DNA of 64,000 bases from an uncultured Francisella sp. (GCA_964606405.1 CAZSGH010000002.1:34719-98718); one strand, 5' to 3'. Shown: positions 29,237 to 37,358, counted from the first letter of the stretch. The notes: generated by a model not told the origin, from the sequence alone. A program made the numbers and translations.

Positions 29237-29512
29237 TTATCGATAAGCCGGATAGGGTTGAGCTTCTTGCGAGTAAGGATTTTGATTTTGCATCATGTAA
29301 GGATTTTTTAGGTTTTGATTGTAAGGCTGTTGGTAAGGATTGCCATACTGATTTTGATATTGTTGCTGCTGACTTTGTGTTCCACGATCTACCGCTTGTT
29401 GCATCGGCTGTGTAATGGCTTGGTTAATTAAGTCCAGCATAGGATCAGCGCTCGCAATATTTGATATTGCAATGAGTGAACCTGCAAGTAATAACAACTT
29501 TGATCTTTTCAT
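29237..29512 (-). CDS. Small secreted Gln/Asn/Tyr/Pro-rich protein
   Basis: Start taken at MKRSKLLLLAGSLIAISNIASA (signal peptide). The mature part is QQQYQNQYGNPYQQPYNQNLKNPYMMQNQNPY. Confidence 0.5.
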   Translation of the reverse strand: MKRSKLLLLAGSLIAISNIASADPMLDLINQAITQPMQQAVDRGTQSQQQQYQNQYGNPYQQPYNQNLKNPYMMQNQNPYSQEAQPYPAYR

Positions 29513-29543
29513 AATGAACAACCTTTGTATAAAGAAAAATGAT

Positions 29544-30080
29544 TTAGGTAGAAGACTTGGGCGGTGCAACCAACTGAGTAATCAGCCAATCAATGTATGT
29601 AATACTGCTATAACTCACTGGCTGATGGCTACGCCAACGTGCACGCAAAATTTTAAGGCGGTGGTAGATGCGTTCAATTAACTCAGTTTCAGATTTGATC
29701 GATGTTGCCCAAGTCTTATGCGCCTTATCCTCTGCATATCGAGTATTAAGATCAATATTTCCCGAAAAATATAAGTCTATTGGCATAAATGAGTCTTCAA
29801 GCTTAGTAAACGCAGAAAAGTCCAACTCATTAGCAAGCTCTTGTGCAAAAGACTCATACTCTTTGGTTTTGGCTGCAAACTGGTCTGCACTGTTTGCAAA
29901 AGAGCTTAGCTGTTTCGTATATTCACTTATCAATGCCTTATTAAACTTTAACTCCCGAAAAACAGCCTCTCGGATAGCACCTCTAGAATTAACAAACTCT
30001 GCATCCCGTTTTAAGTTTTCAACCCCTTTCTTTACTAGATGCTCCCACGCCACAGTAAAAATCGTTTCAAACATTATCAA
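29544..30080 (-). CDS. Hypothetical helical protein
   Basis: 178 aa with no recognised family. Contains RARWRSH near the C-terminus. Confidence 0.45.
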   Translation of the reverse strand: MIMFETIFTVAWEHLVKKGVENLKRDAEFVNSRGAIREAVFRELKFNKALISEYTKQLSSFANSADQFAAKTKEYESFAQELANELDFSAFTKLEDSFMPIDLYFSGNIDLNTRYAEDKAHKTWATSIKSETELIERIYHRLKILRARWRSHQPVSYSSITYIDWLITQLVAPPKSST

Positions 30081-30120
30081 TTTCCTATTACAAATTAAAT
30101 TACTTTTCGGTCAAAGGATA

Positions 30121-30420
30121 TTAAGTACGCCACTCGTCAACGCGTTCAATTTTACCCGTGTATTTATTACGCCACACGGTGCGGGACAAAGAACCAACTG
30201 GCCAGCCATCTTCGTGAACAGCACTAAACACACGTTGTTTATTGTGTTCAACTTCTTTGATAAGGTGAGGTTCGTCAATTGGTCCGTGAACGCTATAGCC
30301 TACTTTAAGCATAAACCACATGTTGTCGAGGATGTTGCCAAGATATTTAAGGACAGTAAGCAGAAACGACATAACAGGATTAGTTGCGAATTCGTTTAGT
30401 TTGAATTTTAGAGTTTCCAT
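30121..30420 (-). CDS. Hypothetical protein
   Basis: 99 aa, 40 nt upstream of the 178-aa gene on the same strand. Confidence 0.45.
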   Translation of the reverse strand: METLKFKLNEFATNPVMSFLLTVLKYLGNILDNMWFMLKVGYSVHGPIDEPHLIKEVEHNKQRVFSAVHEDGWPVGSLSRTVWRNKYTGKIERVDEWRT

Positions 30421-30627
30421 GATACACCGCCTAAGTTTTGCGTTTCGTTATGAGCATTATTGCGCTGTGAAGTGGTGGTGTCAAGTGGTTTTGTGAAAAT
30501 AATTTGATTTATTTTATTAAATATCAACAGGTTATATTGTTACAACTATAGGATCGTAACGCCGAATACAGTCACAGTTGAGACAACCTTAAATAGTATT
30601 TTTTTGGGACAAATTAGGAGATTAGTG

Positions 30628-31239
30628 ATGAAAGATTTGGGGCAAAATGTGCTTTTTAACATAGCCAAAATAGTTCAACAAATGAAGAAAGAATTAGTGG
30701 CGAACAACGAAGATGTTTATCTTGTCATCGGCTCCGATGGCGACTTGTTTTCTGTCGAAATTTGCTCAGGTGAATTTGACAGCAGAAAAATCATTAAACT
30801 GATACACATCAATATCAAACCAAAAGCAGAACAGCCTTATGAGCTAAAAGACATCATACAACTTGCCACAGCTTCGGAATGGAACGCATTCATAAAACTT
30901 CTCTCAATTGCAGTTCAAGCGTCAAAGGTTGAGATTTGCCACCCAATAGATGGTAATGGTGAATTCTTAACTGATTGGGATTCTGCTGTTGAGATGGTGT
31001 CAACGGATAACGAAAAATTGAATAGTCTGTGTGAAGACAACATCATAATGTCTGACCATATAACCGAACATCACCCTGTACCTTGGAAACTAGAAAAGGG
31101 TAGCGAAAATTATAGGTCAGTAATATTAGATCAAAACAATGCTATTGTATTGATTGGATTTAATGGCTCTGCATCCAATGAGGTCAGCGATGACGTTCTA
31201 CAGGAAATCGTCGCTTGTGTAAACAAGTTTAATATGTAA
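30628..31239 (+). CDS. Hypothetical protein
   Basis: Start at MKDLGQNVLF preceded by AGGAG. 203 aa with no recognised family. Confidence 0.45.
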   Translation: MKDLGQNVLFNIAKIVQQMKKELVANNEDVYLVIGSDGDLFSVEICSGEFDSRKIIKLIHINIKPKAEQPYELKDIIQLATASEWNAFIKLLSIAVQASKVEICHPIDGNGEFLTDWDSAVEMVSTDNEKLNSLCEDNIIMSDHITEHHPVPWKLEKGSENYRSVILDQNNAIVLIGFNGSASNEVSDDVLQEIVACVNKFNM

Positions 31240-31268
31240 TGACCAGTCAACTGATATGTAGCAGAAAA

Positions 31269-32036
31269 CTAGTTAAATTGATTTGGAAAACTAGCCATCA
31301 TTTTTTCAACCTGAAATTTATTTGGTTGTAAAAATTGGTTTTCAAACAACCAGTTTAGATCAGGCTTTATATTTTCGTGCTCTAATAAGTCTGACTCGGA
31401 TGGCTTTGCTTTAGATGAGCATGGTGCTTGAAACGTAAGTTTTAGAATACTCCAATCTTCATTTACTCTAATCCAAATATCTTCAAGTGTTCTTACTCGG
31501 TTACTATAATAAAACCTAATCCATGTGCTTCTAACTGACCTAGCCTTAATATTTGTGGGTGGTGGAAACTCACAAGTAGTCAAAAATATGTAAGGCAGAT
31601 GCCATTCAAGTAGCCCACGATACGCCCAGATATTTTTGTTATTTAACTCTCTAATCCAAGCTATAAACAAAAATATGTCAGTCATAGGGGCAAATTTTTG
31701 TATTAGCCCCCAGTGTCGCTCCCAATTATTGAAAAAGGAAAGTTTAACCAGATTAGCATTTGCAAGATCAGGGTCATTTGGCTTTAACATCTCATATTTC
31801 GTTTTACCAAAATCTTTCAGTACACAAAATTCATTATCATGAGGATGTGACCAAGTAGGATCTCTTTTAACTGAGTTTCTATCAACAGGAGACATCTTTG
31901 CACCACATGCTGGACATAAGATATCGTGTAATACCCGATTTACTTTTTGATATTGATTAATATATTGTCCATATTGTTGATCAAAATCACTAACTGTAAT
32001 TAGCTTATTAAGTATTGGATCAAAAGCTTTCTTCAT
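31269..32036 (-). CDS. Unknown Trp-rich protein with CPAC...HPH..C cluster, last gene of the RT operon
   Basis: 255 aa. Its ATG is 6 nt after the nucleotidase stop. No family recognised. Confidence 0.6.
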   Translation of the reverse strand: MKKAFDPILNKLITVSDFDQQYGQYINQYQKVNRVLHDILCPACGAKMSPVDRNSVKRDPTWSHPHDNEFCVLKDFGKTKYEMLKPNDPDLANANLVKLSFFNNWERHWGLIQKFAPMTDIFLFIAWIRELNNKNIWAYRGLLEWHLPYIFLTTCEFPPPTNIKARSVRSTWIRFYYSNRVRTLEDIWIRVNEDWSILKLTFQAPCSSKAKPSESDLLEHENIKPDLNWLFENQFLQPNKFQVEKMMASFPNQFN

Positions 32037-32042
32037 TAAGTT

Positions 32043-32975
32043 TTACTTCACAATATTCGCAATTCCAAATGGAATATGGACTAATGATATGTTCCCTGAA
32101 TCCGTTTCAAGATGACCCTTTTGATCATCAAAAAATAGATGAGGTTTTAATATCTCCAAAATCCTAGACTTTTTCATTCCACCTAAAAAGAATGATTCAT
32201 CAGGGGTTACGCCCCATTTACTCAAGGTAGTCACTACCCTTTCATGAGCTGGAGCATTTCTTGCAGTGATAATTGCAATTCGAAGAATTTTTTTATAATT
32301 TTGATCATTTAAAGCCAGCTTATCTTCAAGACTTTGCATAAACGATAGCTTCTTAAATAAATCTGCTAATGGACCAGGATTGTGAGGAATTGATTTTTTT
32401 AAAGCCTCGTGCTCCTGAAACTCCAATAAGTCATTGTTTTCTTTGTACACTGACTCTGCCTCATCATCAGCGATTACCCCATCAAAGTCGAATGCAACTC
32501 GCAACTCTTGGTCACTCTCATCGTCTACAACGTTAGATGGCAAAACAACCCCAGCTGGATAGCCTAACTTAATAGCTTCTAAAACATCATTTTCGTTGGC
32601 ACTCAAAAAAATGGAAATATTAAATGCTGGAATATATTCATGAGGTGACTTTCCTGCCATAAAAGCTGCCCGAGAAATATTCAATCCATAGTGGCTAATT
32701 GACCTAAACACCCGCATACCAGTTTCAGGAGAGTTCTTCGATAGGAGAACAACTTCAACTGGCATTTCACTATTAAAAACTCTATTAATATTTAGAAACC
32801 TTTTTATGAAAGGAAAGGCCACACCTTTGTTAAAAGGGATATCAATATTTTTCATTTGATAATTACGATAAGCATCTACACCAGATGTTTGATAAACATC
32901 ATTAGATTCAGACAAATCAAATAAAGCACTTGACGCTACGCCGATAACTAGTTTTCTCTCAATAGGATATGGCAT
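32043..32975 (-). CDS. Stand-alone bacterial 5'-nucleotidase family protein (HAD-like)
   Basis: 310 aa. VASSALFDL..S..VY...GV.AYR.YQ, VEVVLLSKNSPETG, AFDFDGVIADDE (DxD), ITARNAPAHERV and FFDDQ match my recollection of the Pfam 5'-nucleotidase family along the whole length. Confidence 0.75.
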   Translation of the reverse strand: MPYPIERKLVIGVASSALFDLSESNDVYQTSGVDAYRNYQMKNIDIPFNKGVAFPFIKRFLNINRVFNSEMPVEVVLLSKNSPETGMRVFRSISHYGLNISRAAFMAGKSPHEYIPAFNISIFLSANENDVLEAIKLGYPAGVVLPSNVVDDESDQELRVAFDFDGVIADDEAESVYKENNDLLEFQEHEALKKSIPHNPGPLADLFKKLSFMQSLEDKLALNDQNYKKILRIAIITARNAPAHERVVTTLSKWGVTPDESFFLGGMKKSRILEILKPHLFFDDQKGHLETDSGNISLVHIPFGIANIVK

Positions 32976-32978
32976 AAT

Positions 32979-33926
32979 CTACTGTTCCTTGTTTTTATTA
33001 TTTATTTGTTTAACGATGTTCTGTTGCCCTCTCAGGCTTCCTGTCAATGATGCTATTTCGATTAAATCTGTTGAGTCATCAATCTGTTGTTTAGTAATTC
33101 TGATTTTCTTCTGTAACTTATTACTTGCTAACATTCCGCGATCTGATAGACGCACGCCAGTAACTATTTTGGGCTGTGTGCTCGCATATGTTATTGATTT
33201 TGAGTTTTTGGTTTTAAGTCCATTGTTTCTAAGTAACTGACGAACCTCTGAGAGCATTTTCTTAGTTGCCTTTTCTCCTGAAATAGTGATGTCATCAACA
33301 TAAAGCGTAAACACGCATTCGTGTGTTTGAGCCAGCGAGTTAACTTGATCAAACACATCAACATAAGTCCAAAATGCTAAGCGATCGCTAAGGAAGCTAC
33401 CTGTTGGTAATACCTGTTTAAGAGCACCTAAATCATCCCCTAATGGTACAGTGCATAAATCAGCTAACAAAGAAGCTATATCATTACCACATTGGAATTT
33501 TTTAGCGAATAGGTTAAAGATCATCTCCCTTGATACGCTAGGAAAAAAACACTTTATATCAGTTTTTATTAGTGGATTTAATGAGATATGTTCCGCTGCA
33601 TTGTCTATAAAAGATCGACCTTTTTTAGAAAAAACATAATCTGGCTGCTTGATCTTTGCCAAGTAGTTTGCTATTTTTCTATGGATAGTTTCTAAATCAT
33701 ATATGGGTTTTTGGTATTTTCTATCTTTATCAGCAATTGTCACAATACCATGGTAATAATAAGATTCGATATTTTCTGACAGGCTTTTACAGGAGTACCA
33801 ATCCAGTCCGATGATAGACTCAAACTGTGCTTTCCCTTTTATCTTAAAGAGTGGCGATTGATGTAAAGGATAAGGAGTTTTAAGCAGCTTTTGGTGCAAT
33901 ACTGTCATAGTCTGCCAACCACTCAA
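32979..33926 (-). CDS. Retron-type reverse transcriptase
   Basis: 315 aa. RT blocks are LIKTDIKCFFPSV, LPTGSFLS, FTLYVDDITISG and GLKTKNSKS. Retron hallmarks NAxxH (DNAAEH) and VTG (KIVTGVRL) are present, and the size is typical for a retron RT. Confidence 0.82.
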   Translation of the reverse strand: MSGWQTMTVLHQKLLKTPYPLHQSPLFKIKGKAQFESIIGLDWYSCKSLSENIESYYYHGIVTIADKDRKYQKPIYDLETIHRKIANYLAKIKQPDYVFSKKGRSFIDNAAEHISLNPLIKTDIKCFFPSVSREMIFNLFAKKFQCGNDIASLLADLCTVPLGDDLGALKQVLPTGSFLSDRLAFWTYVDVFDQVNSLAQTHECVFTLYVDDITISGEKATKKMLSEVRQLLRNNGLKTKNSKSITYASTQPKIVTGVRLSDRGMLASNKLQKKIRITKQQIDDSTDLIEIASLTGSLRGQQNIVKQINNKNKEQ

Positions 33927-34206
33927 GAATTTTTAAAACTTTGTCTGCTGCAGAGATTCTGATCTTATTCTTGGCAATGTTCTTATTACCATCAATGCTT
34001 TCTGAAAACAATAAAATTGTTGATACAGGCATATTAAAAATATTGGAGTATTTATTTAGCAAGTCAATACTAGGAGACTTAACACCTTTCTCAATCTCGC
34101 TTAAATACGAGTTAGATATCTCAAGTCGTCCAGCCAACTCAACTTGTGTGAGCTGATGGTAAGTTCGAAGAAGCTTTAGTGCTCTATTAATCATTGAATT
34201 TTCCAT
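33880..34206 (-). CDS. XRE-family HTH regulator
   Basis: 108 aa with LTQVELAGRLEISNSYLSEIEKGVKSPSIDLL. Its 3' end overlaps the RT start. Confidence 0.8.
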   Translation of the reverse strand: MENSMINRALKLLRTYHQLTQVELAGRLEISNSYLSEIEKGVKSPSIDLLNKYSNIFNMPVSTILLFSESIDGNKNIAKNKIRISAADKVLKILEWLADYDSIAPKAA

Positions 34207-34242
34207 TGTTGAGACAAAGGGATACTGCTATTTTTCATTCGT

Positions 34243-34368
34243 CTATAAAAACCAGTAACAAAACTGGCTAAACAACCAATAAACAAGCTTGATTACAGCA
34301 GACTTCACAAGAAATCTTTTGATACGCTTAACAACAGTTCCCTGCTCTTTGGAAGATTTTTGGTCCAT
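34243..34368 (-). CDS. Possible 41-aa small membrane protein
   Basis: AAGGAG lies 6 nt before the ATG. Sequence MDQKSSKEQGTVVKRIKRFLVKSAVIKLVYWLFSQFCYWFL has a basic N-terminus and a hydrophobic C-terminus. Confidence 0.35.
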   Translation of the reverse strand: MDQKSSKEQGTVVKRIKRFLVKSAVIKLVYWLFSQFCYWFL

Positions 34369-34399
34369 GATGGACTCCTTTATTGCACTGCAAAATCGC

Positions 34400-34605
34400 A
34401 GCCGTCGTACGCAATAAGTCCAAAGCAATGAGCAGGTTGACCCCCTTTATTACAATGCATCACTCAGCCACGTCGTGCTGAGTGATGCTTTTTTCGGCGC
34501 ACCACGTATGACTCAGTGACGAGGTGTGCAGAAGTATCAGAGCTTACGCTCCACAAAGTCAAAAAGACTTCCAATTACCGACGGTTATCTTTTTTCAATC
34601 TTCTG
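34400..34605 (-). ncRNA. Candidate retron msr-msd ncRNA (structured 5' leader of the RT operon)
   Basis: Lies between the predicted promoter (34612..34640) and the first RBS. Contains hairpins AAGTC/GACTT, GAGC-GUAA-GCUC and a 12-bp stem (34457..34488). Terminal complementarity CCGTCG (34579..34584) / CGACGG (34402..34407) could be a1/a2. Confidence 0.3.
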
Positions 34606-34611
34606 CGTCAG

Positions 34612-34640
34612 ATTCTAGCATCAACTTCCTTAATTTGCAA
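34612..34640 (-). promoter_or_regulatory. Sigma70-like promoter of the RT operon with overlapping palindromic operator
   Basis: On the minus strand: TTGCAA, 17 nt, TAGAAT. Palindrome ATTTGC-N10-GCAAAT (34633..34654) overlaps the -35 hexamer. Confidence 0.5.
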
Positions 34641-34679
34641 ACTTTTTCGCAAATAGCGAATAAAATACTCAAAACCATC

Positions 34680-34708
34680 TTGAAAATTAACGAAGACCGC
34701 ACTATATT
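34680..34708 (+). promoter_or_regulatory. Sigma70-like promoter for the 34772 gene
   Basis: TTGAAA, 17 nt, TATATT, located 64 nt upstream of the ATG. Confidence 0.5.
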
Positions 34709-34771
34709 GGTAGCTGTAAGGGCAATCCTATCTTTTGCTTTTTTATCAACAACTCAAAAGGTTAATTTAAC

Positions 34772-35014
34772 ATGAATACAAAACAAACGTCTGAAGGCTT
34801 AGCACAACTGGCCGCACGCACACTTAATGACGACAACTCATCCAAGATCGCTAAACGATTAGCTGGATCTGCATTATCACAAACGCACACAGGCAACCAA
34901 ACAAGTGCTGAGATGGAAGGCTTAGCGTCATCAGTTCTTAGAAGTACAAAGTACAGTGACGATACTAAATCTTTAGCTGGTTCGATCCTTTCTCAGTCAA
35001 ACAAACAGAGATAG
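34772..35014 (+). CDS. Small hydrophilic protein with repeated LAGS.LSQ motif
   Basis: 80 aa with three copies of (K/R)(R/S)LAGS(A/I)LSQ-like segments. No family recognised. Confidence 0.45.
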   Translation: MNTKQTSEGLAQLAARTLNDDNSSKIAKRLAGSALSQTHTGNQTSAEMEGLASSVLRSTKYSDDTKSLAGSILSQSNKQR

Positions 35015-35434
35015 AGATTTATGCTTAAACATCCTTATTTTTATGTCATGATCGTGCTATTAGTTGTCGTTTCCTTGGCATGGGGCAATAAATTGGGATT
35101 AGGTAAGCAATATGACTGTGGGCACGGATAGGTAATAACTTTTAATGCGATAACAGGAAGAACTTACCTTACATATCAATATATTCAATATGTCGGCTCA
35201 TTTTCTTCTGGGGATATCGCATGGGATACGGAGCCAAATACTGATATGATCAAGTTACCCAAAACTCTTACATTTGATACAGACAATCCTGAAATTCTAT
35301 TGAGTGGTGGTTTTGCTGGATCTTACACTCTGTGTAAGCCCCTGAACTAACTCTTTCCACCCCCATCTAAATCGTGACTACACCTTGATACTTATCGTTT
35401 TCTTGTTGATAAGCTTAATTGTGATAATGATTAA

Positions 35435-36841
35435 CTATTCCCCAAGCAGTTTACCAAAATCAATATTGATGACACTATAATCATTATCTGCAACTTCTAA
35501 AAAAGTGCTCTCTCTAAAGTAATAATATGAATCATTTAATTTTTTTATAACTTCATCAAATTCTAATAATTTAATTGGTTCATTTTTTACAAAAAAATCA
35601 TGAATGCGATTCATCGAGATAATTGATGATGCAAGACAAGTAAAAGCCAAAGCAAGCAAATTGTTCCCACTTCCTTCTTCAAGGTCTTTGATGAAGGCAT
35701 AGCTATTCGTAAGATCACAATCACACGCCCTTATCTCAACATTTAACCTATTAGTAATAATTTCAAGACGTTGACTAATAAATTTACGAAAAAGTAATAC
35801 TTCATCATATTTATTGTCCTGTATTAAACTCATCATTGTTATGAGTTCAGCAAACCAACAATTAGAGTTATTCACCAAGGATAGAAATAGTTCTTTTGCG
35901 ATCTTATTATTAAATGAAATAAGGTAATCAAACCTATTTTCAGTATACTCATCAATAAGATAAGTTTTATATATTGATGTTAATTCAAAATGAAATAGTC
36001 TATAAAGTCCATTAAGAAACTCTTCCAATGTTTGCGATTCAACCTCAATAAAAGAACGAACAAATCCATCTGGTAATAAACCAGAGAATTCTTTCATTTC
36101 TTCTAACAAACAATTTAGCTTCATCACGCCTGTAGCTACTTTATCAGCTGTCTTGAAGTTAGATTGGGAGTGATAGAATGACGTTAATTGCAGTTTTAAG
36201 TAAAATTTCGCATTAATTTCATTAATTTCATTAATATTTATAGTTGAATGCTTTATGGTTACATCCTGCCAGCTCTTATCTTTTTTCAATTCGTCATAGA
36301 TATCTACAGGGAGTACTCCTGTAATTGAACGACTCTTCCTAAGCTTAACATCAGAAAAAACGCGCGCTATAAGCTCACTACAATGAAAACTTAGTCTAGC
36401 GTCTCTTCTTTTACGTAGTTTTACTTTAAAATCAATTAAAAAGTTGTATGGTAGACCAAAATAATATAGTGCTTTACTAGAAATTTCATTTTGAAGATTT
36501 ACATTACCAGTAACCTTCTTGTTCCTCAATACTAAAAAACGTTCAACACCTTTATCGATAAAACCAGAAGATGATAAGCTGTCAATTGTTACACCTGACT
36601 TCAAAACATATTCAGGTAGCGAAAGCTCACGAGATACCATCTTCATCAACTCTCCTTTACTAGGTATTGAATGAAGCACAAGTCCCGAAGATATGACTAG
36701 ACCTACATGAGTAAACTCTTCCTGATAGCTTTTCGATCTTACTTTTTGATACAAAAGATTTATTTTAGCTAGCTTACCAGCGGACTTGATGAATAATACG
36801 TCACCAGGTTGTGGTACAAATTGTCCAACGTTTTTATCCAT
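35435..36841 (-). CDS. Permuted papain-fold (YiiX/NlpC-P60-like) peptidase domain fused to a ~270-aa helical domain
   Basis: Start at MDKNVGQF, where the ATG shares one base with the upstream TGA (TGATG). The order PGDVLF ... THVGLV (His) ... FHCSELIARVF (Cys) is as in permuted papain-like amidases. Confidence 0.6.
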   Translation of the reverse strand: MDKNVGQFVPQPGDVLFIKSAGKLAKINLLYQKVRSKSYQEEFTHVGLVISSGLVLHSIPSKGELMKMVSRELSLPEYVLKSGVTIDSLSSSGFIDKGVERFLVLRNKKVTGNVNLQNEISSKALYYFGLPYNFLIDFKVKLRKRRDARLSFHCSELIARVFSDVKLRKSRSITGVLPVDIYDELKKDKSWQDVTIKHSTININEINEINAKFYLKLQLTSFYHSQSNFKTADKVATGVMKLNCLLEEMKEFSGLLPDGFVRSFIEVESQTLEEFLNGLYRLFHFELTSIYKTYLIDEYTENRFDYLISFNNKIAKELFLSLVNNSNCWFAELITMMSLIQDNKYDEVLLFRKFISQRLEIITNRLNVEIRACDCDLTNSYAFIKDLEEGSGNNLLALAFTCLASSIISMNRIHDFFVKNEPIKLLEFDEVIKKLNDSYYYFRESTFLEVADNDYSVINIDFGKLLGE

Positions 36842-37317
36842 CACCCCACCCTCTCCAGCAGTGCATGGCAATGGGGTGACTGGGCGACAACGTCGGCGAT
36901 TTGATTGGCGAGTTCTTGATGCAAGTATTGCGAGCTTAGGTTGACCCAAACGAGTGCTAGACCAGCACTGGTGAAGGCTTCACTAAGAAAATTGTCACGT
37001 TTAATTCTGTCTTCGCGCTCATGAGATTTGTCGTTTAGTTCGACCGCGCACAGAAAGTTGAGTTGTTTATCAGTGATAACGAAATCGACATGCTTTTGAC
37101 TGACTTGAGAAAATAACCAATGCCAACCACTGCCCTTTTCGAACTGATTAACACTAGGCATAAGAATGTCGGAAACCCGAACTTTTCCGAACACACGGAA
37201 GGCATCGCCAGATATGGCATCGAGGGCATCTAAGAATTTTTGCTCCGCTTTGGTAAACAAAGCGCCTCTAGGCTTATAGAGGATGGGTGTAGTCATAATT
37301 AACTCGCTTTTCATCAT
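36841..37317 (-). CDS. DUF2726-like (restriction-endonuclease-fold) protein
   Basis: 158 aa. FTKAEQKFLDAL, RVFGKVRVSDIL, HVDFVI and AVELNDKSH fit the DUF2726 signature (D...E.x.K-like core). Confidence 0.62.
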   Translation of the reverse strand: MMKSELIMTTPILYKPRGALFTKAEQKFLDALDAISGDAFRVFGKVRVSDILMPSVNQFEKGSGWHWLFSQVSQKHVDFVITDKQLNFLCAVELNDKSHEREDRIKRDNFLSEAFTSAGLALVWVNLSSQYLHQELANQIADVVAQSPHCHALLERVG

Positions 37318-37358
37318 CGAAGTCAGCGGTTAATATACGCCTGAGCATTTAGTTTGTC

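Noticed and set aside
34975-34995. GGTTCGATCC, a tRNA T-arm-like sequence
   Set aside because: It lies inside the 80-aa ORF. No acceptor, D or anticodon arms can be drawn around it. I found no tRNA or rRNA genes in the window.
35048-35350. 101-codon frame (MIVLLVVVSLAWGNKL... then 72 open codons) interrupted by an in-frame TAG at 35129
   Set aside because: It could be a nonsense-mutated small secreted-protein gene. However, neither half has a recognisable family, and a 72-codon open stretch can arise by chance. I do not call it a pseudogene.
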